A stretch of 63,126 nt of DNA, the filler included, from Reticulomyxa filosa (Eukaryota > Protista > Foraminifera): NCBI GenBank assembly GCA_000512085.1. It is 12 parts of 12 records of this genome, joined end to end, with 100 filler letters (N's around TTAATTAATTAA, not from the genome) between each part and the next. Parts side by side here need not be neighbours in the genome. Positions count along the whole stretch, not along the records: positions 10,294 to 27,600 come from ASPP01007577.1; positions 27,701 to 29,701 come from ASPP01027819.1; positions 29,802 to 33,980 come from ASPP01001545.1; positions 34,081 to 37,414 come from ASPP01002432.1; positions 37,515 to 42,623 come from ASPP01025332.1; 7 more parts are not named here. The stretch is one strand, 5' to 3'. Both the position numbers and the translations under genes were made by a program. Under the pieces are notes generated by a model that worked only from the letters and a program-made list of their open reading frames with translations, ran no database searches and was not told the origin of the DNA. Shown here one piece after another: positions 24,696-38,399 of the stretch (the stretch's first letter is position 1; each line of letters starts with the position of its first letter).

Positions 24696-26164
24696 CGTTT
24701 CGTGGATTTTGTTTTTATACTATAAATTTTTTTATACAAAAGATTCGTCTCCTCAAGCGTTTTTCTTAAAAAAGCACAACCTCTCAAGATTTTTTTTGCA
24801 GTTACTGTTTGATTTGTATGAATTTGTATCTTTACTGAAACATTAATTTATACTCCAAACGCAATGAATATAATCAAAATATCAAATTTCGAGCTAAATA
24901 CTTTTTGATATCATCTGTCATTTCTTTAGTTATTTAAAATTCTACTAAAAAAAGAAGACGGTGAAACATGCCGTTTCAAAAAATATATTTTCAATTGAAT
25001 AAGCCATGAGATAAAGAAAGTTGTTCAAGAACGTCACCTGTTACATAAACAAAAATCTAATAACTTTCAAGAGTAGTACAAGTTTTGTATTGCACTTATC
25101 TCTTCATTTTCGCTAATTTCTTTCAACAGAATTAGTAGCAGAATTGTTTTTGTTTTAACTAGCAATGTTGAGGTGAGTTCAAGGTAAACTCTTCCTGTAG
25201 TGCAAATGATAGACTGTTTTGACAAATTCAACGAGAAGAACGGATAGAATAAAACAAAAGCAGAGTGGGTAAGTGGATTGGAGAAATGAATGGATTGCTT
25301 GCTATAAAAGTGCAAAATTGCCTTAGAACTCGCTTTTTCATCCAAAACGTGCTTTGCACACGTTTTTAAAGTAAACTGACAAGAAAGCACGTTTTACATA
25401 AAATTTAAATTTAATTGCTTTGGAGACATTCGAAAATTTGATGCGCATTGATTCATACAATTAATTTTTGAAAGGTAGTTTGCTGTTTAATGTCATGCAG
25501 TCATTTTATCTAAATGTGATTAAATGCAATTTTTTTAATATATTATGTACATGTTTTTGTTAAATGAAAATACATATATGTCTTTTAGGACATAAAATGT
25601 TAGTGCACAAACAACGATTTGTGAGAATTGATTTAGTATTAATTTATTTTTTTTAAATTATGTCCAACTGAAACATATTTCAATCAACTCCTAAATTTTC
25701 AGATTGGTGTTTTTGATGTTCGATAAGCTGCATTATTTTTCAGAATACTCAAAATTGCACGCAAAAAGTAAAAGACGCAAAAGCAATAAAAACTGGATAT
25801 CAATTGATTTTTTAAACAAAGAGCCTTAAATTCTGATACGTCTTTTGGATGACCGGAATTGTCAATATATGAGTGAATATATCAATTAAATTGCTGCGCT
25901 TTTTAAAGGAACACGCACTGCAAAAAAGCTCAAAGTGTAAGAAAAGACAAAAATAAAATTAGTTTGAGAGTGCGAGTCAGTCAACACCGTACAATTGGTT
26001 GGTCTTTCTTTTGCGTTTGACACTTGCGGTAAGATGTCTATTCTCTTTTTGTCAAAATCTTTTGTCAAGTGAAACGTTGAAGCGTGTAGTCACCTCACTT
26101 ATGAACAAAAAAAACGTGACGTGAACAATAAAAAAAGAGCATTAAAGTCGTAGCATACAGAATC

Positions 26165-27497
26165 ATGGATTTCTCCAGTAAAGATGATGAAAAAGAAAAC
26201 GTAAAAGAATAACAAAAACAACAAAAAAGACAACAACAATTATAAAAACGTACAGCAAATAATTTTTGCTTTTTTTTTTTGGGTGAATGGTATACGTCAA
26301 TTCAGGACATTTCAAGACAGAATGATTCGAAAAAACAAATCCGGGAAGAAAAGGAGAAAAAACTAAATGAGGTGAGGGGTAATATATACAATAAAATTTT
26401 TTTATGAATTTGTGGCCGTTAGTTTGGCTTGTTTAGACATGTTCTTTTTTTTATTTTTGTGTCTTGCTTACTTTGACGCAATGCGTACACACATAAATGC
26501 AACTCGGGCTGGAAATGGGATAGAGAAGAGCAATAGAGCTAATGTGGAGAGTAATAGCAGGGTGTCTGAGGGATGAAGAAAAGAGAGAAGTTGTGTTGCA
26601 AACAGTTCTGCAGATGACAAATAAAAAGTGGAGGAGAAAGGCTCCTAAAGGTATTCGTATGCACTCACTTGCAGACCTTCGTTCGATGTGCTTTCAAACA
26701 CTTTCTTGTGACCCAGTTTTGTTAAAAAGTGGTTTTTTTGCATTTGCGTTGTATGTTTGTTTTGTTTTTGTCTGTTTATTGCTTTTTTTTTTGGATTGAT
26801 TGTTTGGTTTAATTTGGATTGTCTTTTCGTTTGTTTTTATTTTTTTGGTTAACGTTCATTTGGAGCTATTTTTAGTTGATTACAAAAAAAGAAAACAAGA
26901 GAAGCATTTTAAAAACAACAACACTAATGACAACAACAACAAAAAAAAAAGAGTTGGGGACTAACGTTTAGTAGATGTTTCGTGTCCAGACTGCTGCAAA
27001 ATCTTGGAAGCGGTGTGGATGAAGAAATTGGAGAAATGCTACAGCAAATTGGAGCGAACATGGACAGCGTTGCTCAGACGGATGTATTGGGCCTTTTTCA
27101 CGCTTACGATTTAACCATGGACAGTGATGATCTAGTTGAATCGGCAACAGTTAAAATACTCAATTTCTTGTTCTTTCTTCGATCTCGAATTTTTTAAAAG
27201 ACACTTGGTTTGTTAATTTGCAAGACTAATACCACTTTTTAATTATTTGTCTCTTTTTAGAAATGTTTTTTTTTTTGGAAGTTTGCAAGGTGTTAGACAA
27301 TTTGTGAGTGCCTTTTTTGTGATGGATAGAAGTGGACAGATGCATTAATCAAAACTTATAAAGTCGGGAGTAATTTACATGCCTTTGTGGCCGAGCTTTT
27401 GGAAAATTATTTGGATTCTAATTCTGTCGACCCAGACCCTTGGACCGACTTGCAAGCAAAAGTGACGAACTGGGAAAAACATATGCAACAGTCGTAA
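26165..27497 (+). CDS. Multi-exon hypothetical protein
   Basis: MDFSSKDDEKEN|DISRQNDSKK..|RRAIELMWRVIAGCL... with clean GT-AG introns. The reading frame of later exons is ambiguous and no family was recognised. Confidence 0.45.
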
Positions 27498-27560
27498 TCA
27501 ATTCATTTTGCTCGTTTGCAATAAGATCTTGACTTCAATCTTGTGCATCATTTGCTAACC

Positions 27561-27600
<40 letters not shown>

Positions 27601-28734
27601 NNNNNNNNNNNNNNNNNNNNNNNNNNNNNNNNNNNNNNNNNNNNTTAATTAATTAANNNNNNNNNNNNNNNNNNNNNNNNNNNNNNNNNNNNNNNNNNNN
27701 ATTGACAGTCTGTGTTTTTTGTATTTACCGTCTAACATTGCACAAGCAACATTTCCATTTCATATATAACTTCGCTTACATTGTCTTACTCAAATATTTT
27801 TCACGTGGCCAGGGATTGCTTGACAAAAAATGAGTTTCTGTGACAGTGGGCCAGAGTTTCGTATGTCCCTTCAAATTTTTGCTAATATCACATTAAATCT
27901 TTCTTAATGTATCTTGTAAGCGAATGATATCAGCAAAATAACGTTAATGTTTTATTGCTACGTGATATTAAAGTATTTTCTTATTTTAGGTCATTTTTTT
28001 TTTGATCATTCTTTATCTTGTGGTTCTTTTTAAATTTTTTTAGCCTTTTTTTTGAAAAAGAACATGTTTATGTAAATAGTCAAATTTCTTTTGTTCCAAA
28101 ATAGTCAAACATCAAAGAAATTCGTTCAAATTATCTCAAAAATCATTACTCATAAAATGTTTTAGAATAAAATATTTTATGAGTAAAAGTTGAAGACAAA
28201 AAAATCCCTTTTTTCAGTGACTAAATACAGAAACATTAAGTATGTTTGTGCAATCTGTATTGTGATTGTTTCCATTCTGGGCCGCACTTCTTTCAAATCA
28301 TTCAACAATTGCATAGCTTCAACGTTACAAGGAAGACCACAGGCTAGCCGTTAACAGATATGTTATTTCTCAATGGCTTGTTTTAGACTTTTTCCAAGGC
28401 TTATTTAAATGCTTTTTTCATTGCTTCTTTCTTGTCAAATTTTCTTTCTCTGTACTACTTCTTTGTTACTCTTGGTGTGATTATCACGATTACCTAATTT
28501 TGAATGGATCTGGCAATGATATTGTATCTTTTGCTTTAACTCGTTTTACAAGCTGTGTTTATCTAACAAATACGAATATCAATTACGTTTTGCTAAAACT
28601 AACTTTCCATTACTCTTTTTTGTGTACTTATTTAACATTTTTTTAAAGGACAAGCCATACTTTCCAAGTTGAGCAAATATTTCAAAAAAAAAAAGTTTCA
28701 AAAAGCGTTACGAAGGGAGAATATTAAATCGATA

Positions 28735-29701
28735 ATGTCATTGCAAGAAAAACTTTGTAGTAATGTGGTGACAGTGGTGCTTGCATTGAATGATCCAAAG
28801 AGATCGTATGTGTATAATCATGCCTTTACTCGTCAGCGACGCGGTTGGACCACGACAAGTTGCAGTGGACTACTGTTCGTACATGACAAGGAATATTACA
28901 TAATAACAGATGGGAACATGTTTGCGCCATACCTCAGTGCAGAGGATCGAGACCGTGTCCTGAAAGTAGGGGAAAAGAGCAAGGAGGATGGTGATTGCAG
29001 ATTGAGCACAATAGGATTGGAAGGGATAAAAAGAGAAGACGACAACGACGACACCTCAACTCCGACGTACACGATAACAATGCAAATTCCATCGAAACGA
29101 GAGTGCTCCGATAATAATGGACGTTATTTGAACCACTTTCGTTGTGAGCTATGTTCCATCTATCATTTCAAGTCATTGCAACAGTCGCTGTATTTTGCGG
29201 ACAGACCAGTTGACATTGCGAGTATTGGATACTTGCCGTTTTTATTGGATATGACGAGGAATGAATATCAATTGCCATTTCAGCTAAAAATTGGATTATT
29301 TGCATTGTTACGAGTGAATGCCTCTCATCGCCTATGTATCGATCAACAACAACAACAACTCACTCACACAAAGCAACACTTTTCCGTGGTGAATATCGAG
29401 CAACTATGTGAAAAAATGAAATACACGCCTCCATCGTTTTTGCTGAGTCAGCAACATGATCACCACTCCATCACCAAACAAGGTGACTCCATATATTCCA
29501 TTAGCAGTCCGTTTGCAATCGTGTGTCCCGAAGTGTTTCACAGCACATATCATCATGGCATCATCTCCAATGTACACCGATATACCTCCCACTCCGACAA
29601 GCCCTTTGACAAAGACTCTTGGATGTATCTATCTGACATGCGCTACCTACCTGGCATGTGCTATTTTATATTACATGTACATATACGTATACATATATAT
29701 A
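28735..29701 (+). CDS. Peroxisomal leader-peptide-processing protease TYSND1/DEG15-like, N-terminal part; truncated
   Basis: SCSGLLF, then ISSPFAIVCPEVFHSTYHHGIISN...LSDMRYLPG, matching the TYSND1/DEG15 pattern SPF...P..F..T...G..SN...D.R.LPG. Confidence 0.75.
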
Positions 29702-30780
29702 NNNNNNNNNNNNNNNNNNNNNNNNNNNNNNNNNNNNNNNNNNNNTTAATTAATTAANNNNNNNNNNNNNNNNNNNNNNNNNNNNNNNNNNNNNNNNNNN
29801 NCGTAAACTCCAGCACTGAATCAACAGCTAAACAGTACATCATTTGTTAAAACTATCAACTCCTTTAGCCATTTTCAAAAAAAAAAATCAAATATCGAAC
29901 TATACTTAGCTAAAAAAATGACAAAATATTGAAATAATTATGAAATATGTAATAAAAACTAAAGTCAAATGATATTTAAAAACTACACAATTTGTAGATA
30001 TTTTTTAAAAATTATGTCTATATGTTCTTTTTTCTTGAAGGAAATCAATCATCTCTATAATGTGCCGTTTTATGTGTCAATTTTACTTTGCATTCTACTG
30101 TAAAATGTTCGAAACACAATATAAATCTTTTCCATTTAACGTCATTCCATTCTCCTGATATAATACTAGATATCTTCCATGATTCTTCAAAATATTTTCT
30201 TTCTATTCCCTCTTATCCTGTTTATTCAAAAGCAAATCCCAATCTACGACAACATTTTTCAACTTTTATCCAAATTCAAATATATCTTTTTTATTTTTAG
30301 TACTTTTTCAAAATATCAATCACTTTGTTATATTTGTCTCATTTGATCACGCTCATGAATAAATTGCAAATGTGTAGATGTCAATTTTAGTGTATTTTTT
30401 GCTTGTGGTCGATGTATTTTAAAGAATTTTTTTTAAAATCAAAAACATAAAAAATAATTATTTTGTCCTATTGCCACAAATTCTTCAATTCGAATTTCGA
30501 GCATTTCCTATGAAAGAGAATGAAAAATTTGCAGTGATGAAGTAAATCCCTTCGTACCGAAAAATATCTAACATCCAAGCAAAATAAGTCATAATTGAAG
30601 ATTACAAATTTGTGAAGAATAAATTAGATGTGATCAAATAACTTTCAACAAAAATAAAACAACCTAAAGACTGCGTTTTGGAAATGGAAATGTTGAAAAC
30701 AATATTTCCAAATCTGCAAAAAATAAAATACGCACACATATTTAATAGCAAAAATGAAGATATAAATCATGGAACATGTG

Positions 30781-33700
30781 TTAACATAATTCGATTCTGT
30801 CAATCAAACCTTTCCCCAATTCCCACACAGCTACGAAAAGAGCGTCTTCTTGTGGTGGTCTTTCACGAGCAAACTTGCAAAAAATGGCCGCGCCCCCACT
30901 TTGGTCCCAGTACGTTTCAATTCCGTCCAACCGCAGAGTAATTTCTTGAGCTAGCCACGCCAATATATCCAAACCCGCAACATAAGCATCTTGCGTATCC
31001 AAATCACGGACAGCACGATTATTCCCAGTCGAGGTTATTTTCTGTTTTTTGTTGCTCTCATTTGTACTAGTAGTTACGTCCTCCAAAGATCGTTTCAATG
31101 TTTTATTGACCACCTCACCAGTGTTGTTTTCTAATGATGATTTCGATGGAACATTCTCTCCATTTTCTTTTTCCTTTTCTTTTTCTTTTTTTTTTCCTTT
31201 TCTTCTTTTGTTTGTTTAAGTTTGGCAATACGTTGGGCCAACTTTTGTTTCTTTCTGAGTTTTTCCAAGGCAGTGACCGCAGTTGACGACGACGTGACAA
31301 GGACGGCATTGGTGCTAATAAACTCGGGTTTGAGATGAACGATAAAATGGAACTCTTTTCGAACGGGCGGTTTGAATACGGACAAGTAATCTCGCGCGTG
31401 TCGAAAAATGGGGCGATTGCAGCAGCGACAGCAAGTGGCGATGCGAGGCCTTGGCATACTGTACCAATCTGTCCAAGTCATGGATTTGGGGTTGCAACCT
31501 CGTCCATTTTGATTCGTTATCAAATCCAGGAACGACCACAAACATGCAATACAGTCCATCGCCATTCCCTCTCAAGTTCAACATGCGCGTCTGATACAGG
31601 CGATAGCGATGAGCAACGGGAACGGACTTGATCGGATCCATTGTCTTGTTCGTGCTGCTATTGTTGCTATCACTGTTGCTGCTACCACTACCACTCTCTT
31701 GACTCAAGTTGCCAAAGTTGCACACGTAAGGAGTATTCAGCCAGTCAAACTCCGCCATCAAGGCCAAGAATCGCAGCAGACCTTGAAAGGCCGATTGTGG
31801 TGTGTCGTATACGTCATTGTTCATGAAAATATCACACACCAGCATAATCAACACATGCTCGTCAATTTTGCCTGTGAAGCACCCCTTTCGCACCCATTGC
31901 AAACCAGATACAGCGTCTCGTCCAGATGCACGTGCAACGAGGTTAGACCTTTGACAATGAGGCCCAGTTTGGGGATCGTCTTCATCTCGATTTTCTCGTG
32001 CGGCAACAAGCGCTTTTCCGAGGAGATCAGTCGACAGCGGAAACAATACCCTTTTAGCAAAATGTCAATGCTGTCGGTCGCCACTAATGATATGATGCTA
32101 TCACGGGCAAGCGCTTTGCGAATACGTATATACAAGGCCATCTTCAGGTACTTGGACGCTTTGGGATGACCCAGAGGCCATTCCGAGGTCGGCTCAAAGC
32201 GGATGACCACAGGGATACATTGAATGTTGTCTTCGAGCGTGCAAGACACGTACTTGAATGACAGGTCATCCGTGTGCGGCAATATCGGGTCGATCATGAC
32301 ATGGCTGCCCCATAGCGAGGGGTGACAGCATGAAATGTTGGACAGCTCCAGTGGAATGACTCGACGTTTGGCCAATGCCATCAGTCGAGACTCCAATTGA
32401 TCAAAGGCCTTTTTCAGCAGCGCATTGGACTGGAATGGCAAACAAGACAGCAGCGGTTCAATCAAACAATGCACTTGCCCAATGTCCGCGACATGACTTT
32501 GCAAAGCATATGTGGCCATCCATTCAATACTTCGACCATTGGAAATAAAGTTTTGCGGGATGATGACAGCACTATTCACGACCCCATCCGAGAATCTTTT
32601 CTTAACAGCGTGGGGGCCCCAAAATTGTCGAAAGGTAAGTTCGGCAGGGGTGTCGGACAAAGGTCCGATCAGCAAAGGGTCGTTGTGATTAGGTTTGAGT
32701 TGCAAGCCAATGACCACCAAGTCGGAGCTGGAATTAGAAGAAGAAGAAGAAGAAGAAGAAGAAGAAGCATTGGTAGTTGTATCAGATTTGGATTTATTCC
32801 GAAGATAGAGATAAAGAGAGACGATACGATCTTGCAACGCTTGCCAAAGAATATGTTCGATGGAATGAAACCAGAACACGTTGGAAGTGAATTGAGATGC
32901 AGGGACTTGCACTTCGATCCAGGCGTCATGTGCGTGCCAGAAGGACACTTTCCCACCTGCGAGCCAGTTGTGCATAGCCTTTTCGTGATAAGCGATGAGA
33001 GGGGCGGAGACAATGTCAAAGTCTTTGGGATTCAATTGACGCTTGTATCCCCAGCCGTCGGGATGTTCCATCCAAGGCAGCTGTTCGACGAGGTCGTTGA
33101 GGAGTGCCGACGCCTTTTCGCACTGTCGCACCCAATGGATGTAACAAAAGCGACTCACGCGAAAGGAGTAATTGACAATGCCTTTCCATTGGCTATCCCA
33201 CAAATACACAGGATACATGTGTCTCATCTGCTGTTGCAGCCACTGCCATTTCCACTCGGGGTCGTCTTGTGCACGACGTTTCTTTTCACCGTCGTCATTG
33301 TCGTCGTTCCAAATATTGGTACTTTGCATTAGCGGATCACGGCCTTTCATAGTGTGAATGGACAGTCCTGTGCCGACCATTACTTGTGGTTCATTTGAGT
33401 CATTGTCATTCTTTGTACTAACAGATGACGATGACAATGATGACGATGACGATGACAATGATGATGATGATGTGGTAAGCCATGATCCCAATTGCTGACG
33501 AGATACCAATTCAAACCACTTTGCACAAATAATAAGAGGCGAGTCCCAAATGTCGGCGTGGAAACAACGATGCATGTGCAACAAGAAGAGCGAAATATGG
33601 AAGGTGTTGATGGTGAGATTGAGTCCGTAGTCGTGATTGGCATCGTGACAACGCTGCCACCAGGCCTTGATCCACACCAGCGCGCGATGCAAGTTGGGAT

Positions 33701-33980
33701 TCTCTTCGCACGCTTCGCGAAACGCTGCAAACTGACGCTTCATCAACAAGTCCTCCAATACCTGCTGCAAATACATCCCACGCTCTTTGTCCAGTTGCTT
33801 CTTCTCCTTCCCCTCGTATTCCAAGTCCTTCCAATCCCATTGTCCTCGCAATGCTATTTCCAAAAACAAGTCTCGTTCTTTCTTTCTTTTCATTGCTTTC
33901 ATCTCTTCATCATCACCATCATCGTCATTATCATCGTCGTCATTATCATCATTATCATCATCGTCATTATCATCATCATT
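30781..33980 (-). CDS. NOL6: Nucleolar protein NOL6/Utp22 (Nrap family); 5' truncated, three homopolymer frameshifts
   Basis: FRQFWGPHAVKKRFSDGVVNSAV, FEPTSEWP..LKMALY, IDILLKGYCFR, PQSAFQGLLRFLALMAEFDW, LSVFKPP, terminal LGKGLIDRIE. Four overlapping ORFs join at single-base indels. Confidence 0.88.
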
Positions 33981-34460
33981 NNNNNNNNNNNNNNNNNNNN
34001 NNNNNNNNNNNNNNNNNNNNNNNNTTAATTAATTAANNNNNNNNNNNNNNNNNNNNNNNNNNNNNNNNNNNNNNNNNNNNAGCATTCCAAAATCATTGAA
34101 ATGCATATCAAATATTATAATAGATCTATTAGAAAATGTAATACAATTAATTTAGAAAAAAGGAATTTGTCAAAGTGAACATTTTTTTTTCATTCTGGGA
34201 ATTCCAACATCATTATCATCATCTATCATCATCTATCATTAGAACACATGTATATGCAGTTATTAAGTCATTACCTATTTGTCGTATCATGGTGCTTAAC
34301 ATTTGTTGATGGATCCAAGGCAAAATGTATTTTTTGTTTTAGAACATGTCCTTCTTCAAGTTCACGTAAGCTGCGATAAATTTTTTGTTAAATGTACTTT
34401 TTCATTTTTTTACTTTGTAGGTTGAATATTCATTGGTCGTCGATGGAAATGGGATGGACC

Positions 34461-34655
34461 TACGTCGAACACTGCTATGGCGCAGTGCCGACGACAAAGC
34501 CATTCGAATATGTGCTCAAGTGCGACGACATGACCGAGCAGCTCGAATGGATGTTCACATGCGGCCTCTAGGTACAACTGCTCAAGACGCTGTCGGACGT
34601 TTACACGCACATGTACAGCGCACGCGATGTGGGGGCACTCGAACGAGGTGATGAT
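34461..34655 (+). pseudogene. PH-domain-like exon relic with in-frame TAG
   Basis: One frame reads TYVEHCYGAVPTTKPFEYVLKCDDMTEQLEWMFTCGL*VQLLKTL, resembling the last strand and Trp-containing helix of PH domains. Confidence 0.4.
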
Positions 34656-36289
34656 TGAATTGATGATGCTAAGGCAAGATGGGAGGGGAACAAAAAGGAT
34701 GCAAGTAAAGAAGCTTTTTCTACTTTCTCATTCCACTCATTTAAAATTGATCCAAAGTTATAACTGGAGCAGTAGCAGGTGGTGTAAATGCAAATGTTGG
34801 TCGATCAAGCAAGTATTTGATAAACTAAGAGAATTGAAAATGAAATTAATAGAAAGTCAAGACGAATAGAAAAGTAATATAATAATATTGATGAATTAAA
34901 AAGTTTATTTGAAGAAGAGTATTAAATGAATACAAAAGTATTAAAAGATCAGCTCCTAACCAAATTAGATTTTGTGAAGGAAAAAAAAGTAGTACAATTA
35001 TAAATCACATGTATTAAAATTAAATAAATCAATATTAGGTAACAATATTTCAAAAATTAGGTGTAGAAGATGCACAAAAAGGAGTATATTTGCATTTCAA
35101 AATGTAATTTAACAAAACATTTAAATATTTAAATACACAAAACACTATACAGTAAAAAAGATAGCACATTAGGTAAAGATAGTGGTATAGCAGAAAAATT
35201 ATTAGAAATATTCAAAAGATTTAAAATATTCAAATTTTGAACAAAAGCACAATGAGTGGATCTATTATTCGTGAAGAAGATTCTGAATTAATATGTATTA
35301 AAAAAATAAGAGAATTAAACTATATGTATCAGTACCTGTTAGTGTATTAACTGAATTACGTGATATATCCTCTATATCTGGTGAAAAATATCAAGAAAGA
35401 TATAATACAGGACAACAATTAGCACAATTGATTATTATAGAACAGTTGATAACAGAAGTTAATTCTTTACCACAATTTGATATAGAATCTTTTATTTTTA
35501 GGTGATAATGTTACTTTATTTAAAAAAATGAGAAAACTAACTGCATTAGATATTCGTATTCATAAAGGTATAAATTAAAAAAGCAGTATCAATATTTATA
35601 AGAACGTGTCCAATATATTTAGAGATTAAGTACATATGGTGGTGGAAATGTAAATGTAATAACAAATACAAGTACAAAATTGGCCAATATAGAATCCTTT
35701 TTGGAGAAATTCATCAATATTACATGTTATAAAAATGACAATTAATCAAAAAATATAAATAGGACCAGATTTACAAACATGGCTAGCAATGATAGTTGGT
35801 TTAAAACGTCCAAGAAATGATCGTGATCAAAGCGAAGAAGAATTAACATATTGTATATATTGAATAAAATTGTAGATGTTATCATATCAAGCATTATGAG
35901 ATTTAAAACCTTGTAAAAGCAGTTACATTATTACAAAGATTAAAAGATGAATCATCTGATTAAGAATGATTATTGGAAGAATGTAAAGAAGCAGAAAAAT
36001 TATTACAAGCGTATTACCGCCAACAATGATATGTGCAAAACATTATAATCAGAAGCACAAACATATTGGTAAATTAGAACAACAATTTGGTGTAATAACA
36101 ACATATACAAAAATTAGAATAGAAATGGCTTGCAGAAAAACCAACACGATAATGTTATTAGAAGGTGCTAGAAATAGTGCTATAGATGGCAAAGTAAATT
36201 TGATATATCAGATAATAAACAACAAGGACAATTAATAAATTCATTTTATACATTATTATTTACACGTGTGGATGTAGAAAAAAAGTAAA

Positions 36290-36690
36290 TGATTTTGAAA
36301 AAGAAATAGATGATATAGAAATAGTATATAAAGATGTTAAAAATGCTAAAGAAGCAATGTGTGTAATAGAAATAGAAAGAATGTTTTATTTGTTTTATAT
36401 GGGGATGAAAAGTTAAAGTTGCACATGATGTATTTGCTGTTATGGTAGATGTACAAAGAAGATAGGTTTATTTACAAGAATTTTTGATAATATTGCAGAT
36501 TTACAAAAATCATTATGTTAAAGCTTTTGATTGTGATTTTGTACAATTAGTACGTGGTATTAAATAATATCATGCAGAAAAAGTTTATTACAAATGTTAT
36601 AAACAAATTAAAATGCATTAAATACACAAAGATCAGATTTGCTAGATTTTATTTTGTTGGTGATGAAGATTTATTAGAAATATTGACTAA
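36290..36690 (+). pseudogene. Cytoplasmic dynein heavy chain relic within a larger AT-rich decayed coding region (~34860-37000)
   Basis: VMVDVQRR*VYLQEFF (36421-36490, cf. DVQRRWVYLEGIF, TGG>TAG) and QRSDFARFYFVGDEDLLEIL (36628-36685, cf. FPRFYFVGDEDLLEII). Many stops and deletions. Confidence 0.85.
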
Positions 36691-37514
36691 TCGTGTATTG
36701 CTAAATTAGGTGGTAAAATATAATATGTTAAAGCTTAAAACATTATATCACAATTATGAAGATTTGTATTAATATTTTTTTATGATGAAACTTTTGATTA
36801 TAATGCAATGTCAAGAATATTTGTCGGAAATATTATCAGCAGTATCAAAGCAAATATTAACTATACAAAATGGAAATGTTATTAATAACGCGAAACATTG
36901 GAGTATTTTCAAAATCAGAATTAAAAATTATGCAAAAAAAACAATTAACATATTTTACATATATAAGGTTGCAGAAAAAAGAATTACAAATAATTATATT
37001 TATAGTGATGTGAAATGTAATGAAGGAATGCAAGACAAAAAAAAAAAGAATTAGGTGCAAAAATCAAAATCAATGTATTAAAAATAACAAAGCTAGTTTA
37101 TTTATTTGTTATATTATTTATGTGTTTCTGTTGTTCAAAAAATTAACAAAAATTAAAGCAAATAAGACAACACGCAAAAAGTATTTAAAATTTAATAAAG
37201 AGCGAACAATATTTAAAAAAACAATACTACGGCACAAGTCAACAACAAAATAAAAAAAATTATTCAGAAAAAAAAAGGCGACTCCCACTAAGCGGAGGGG
37301 AGGATGGAGGGCAAAAACAAGTACCAAAATTATTGCAACTGGCTGCAGATCAGTATTATTGTTACTGGCCCCTGTTCCAAATTCCTGTCAAGTATTCCAG
37401 TGCTCCAAATTCCTNNNNNNNNNNNNNNNNNNNNNNNNNNNNNNNNNNNNNNNNNNNNTTAATTAATTAANNNNNNNNNNNNNNNNNNNNNNNNNNNNNN
37501 NNNNNNNNNNNNNN

Positions 37515-37816
37515 TTATTGTTATTGTTATTGTTATTGTTATTGCTATTGTTATTGTTGCTGCTGCTGTTGGTAGAGCTGTACTTTTTGATTGTTACGAG
37601 CTCTTGCTTCATTATTGAGTCGATGGATTTTGCCAGTCCATCGTAACTTTCGCACACTTTTGTTAGCAATCGTATTACCACTTGGCAATAGAATATTCCG
37701 TTTTTTGATTGGCTGGCAAGCTCTTCGAACGACAGTTTCTTACGCTCTTTGCTCCAGTCTGCGTCGATAATACCTTTTGCTGACCCAAGCGCTTCTGGTG
37801 TCTCTGGCGCACTCAT
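37515..37816 (-). CDS. N-terminus of a probable F-BAR/FCH-domain protein; truncated
   Basis: FEELASQSKNGIFYCQVVIRLLTKVCESYDGLAKSI resembles FCH helices (F..L......G...C............E..YAK.L). Runs into poly-Asn at the contig edge. Confidence 0.5.
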
Positions 37817-38399
37817 GTCTTGTCTAAACTAAATCTCTCAAGTCTGCAAAGCAAAAAGATTGTTCGATTTATCGGATAAACAAAACTAAATCCATTATCT
37901 TCCTCTTCCCTCCTTTTGGTTCTAACTTGAAAAGTATGAGTTTTTTAAGAAAGTTGAACTACAGGCTGGTCTTTGAATACATAAAGATAATTCCATCAAC
38001 AAAGAAAAAATTTTTTAAAACCAAACATTCGCAAGAGGAACAAAAAAAAAAGAAAAAAAAATGGTTGCACTTGCGCCTCAAATGTATTACATTACAAATG
38101 AAACAAAACAACAACAATCAGGGCAAGAATATTTAAATTTCAATACATAGAACTGTTCACGTTCGTTGTCTTTCTTAACACTGATATTTGTGCCACTTTT
38201 ATTGCTCGGCGCAGGTTCCCAAGAAGGCCTATCATCTCCGACAGCCCAGCATTTCCAAGCGCAGCATTGGAGGAACACTCCAACACAATAGCGTGCACAG
38301 CAGTAATGAAACAGGTTGCACAGACAGCGATATACGAGTTGGGAGGAAGCAAAGCATAAGTGAATGCAAAGCAAATTCACAAAAGTGTCTACCAACATG

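Noticed and set aside
27025-27066. IGEMLQQIGANMD resembles a BH3 motif
   Set aside because: It lacks the conserved Asp after Gly, the reading frame is uncertain, and such short amphipathic matches arise by chance.
32397-33332. 311-aa plus-strand ORF
   Set aside because: Antisense shadow of the GC-richer NOL6 coding sequence, with no recognisable motifs.
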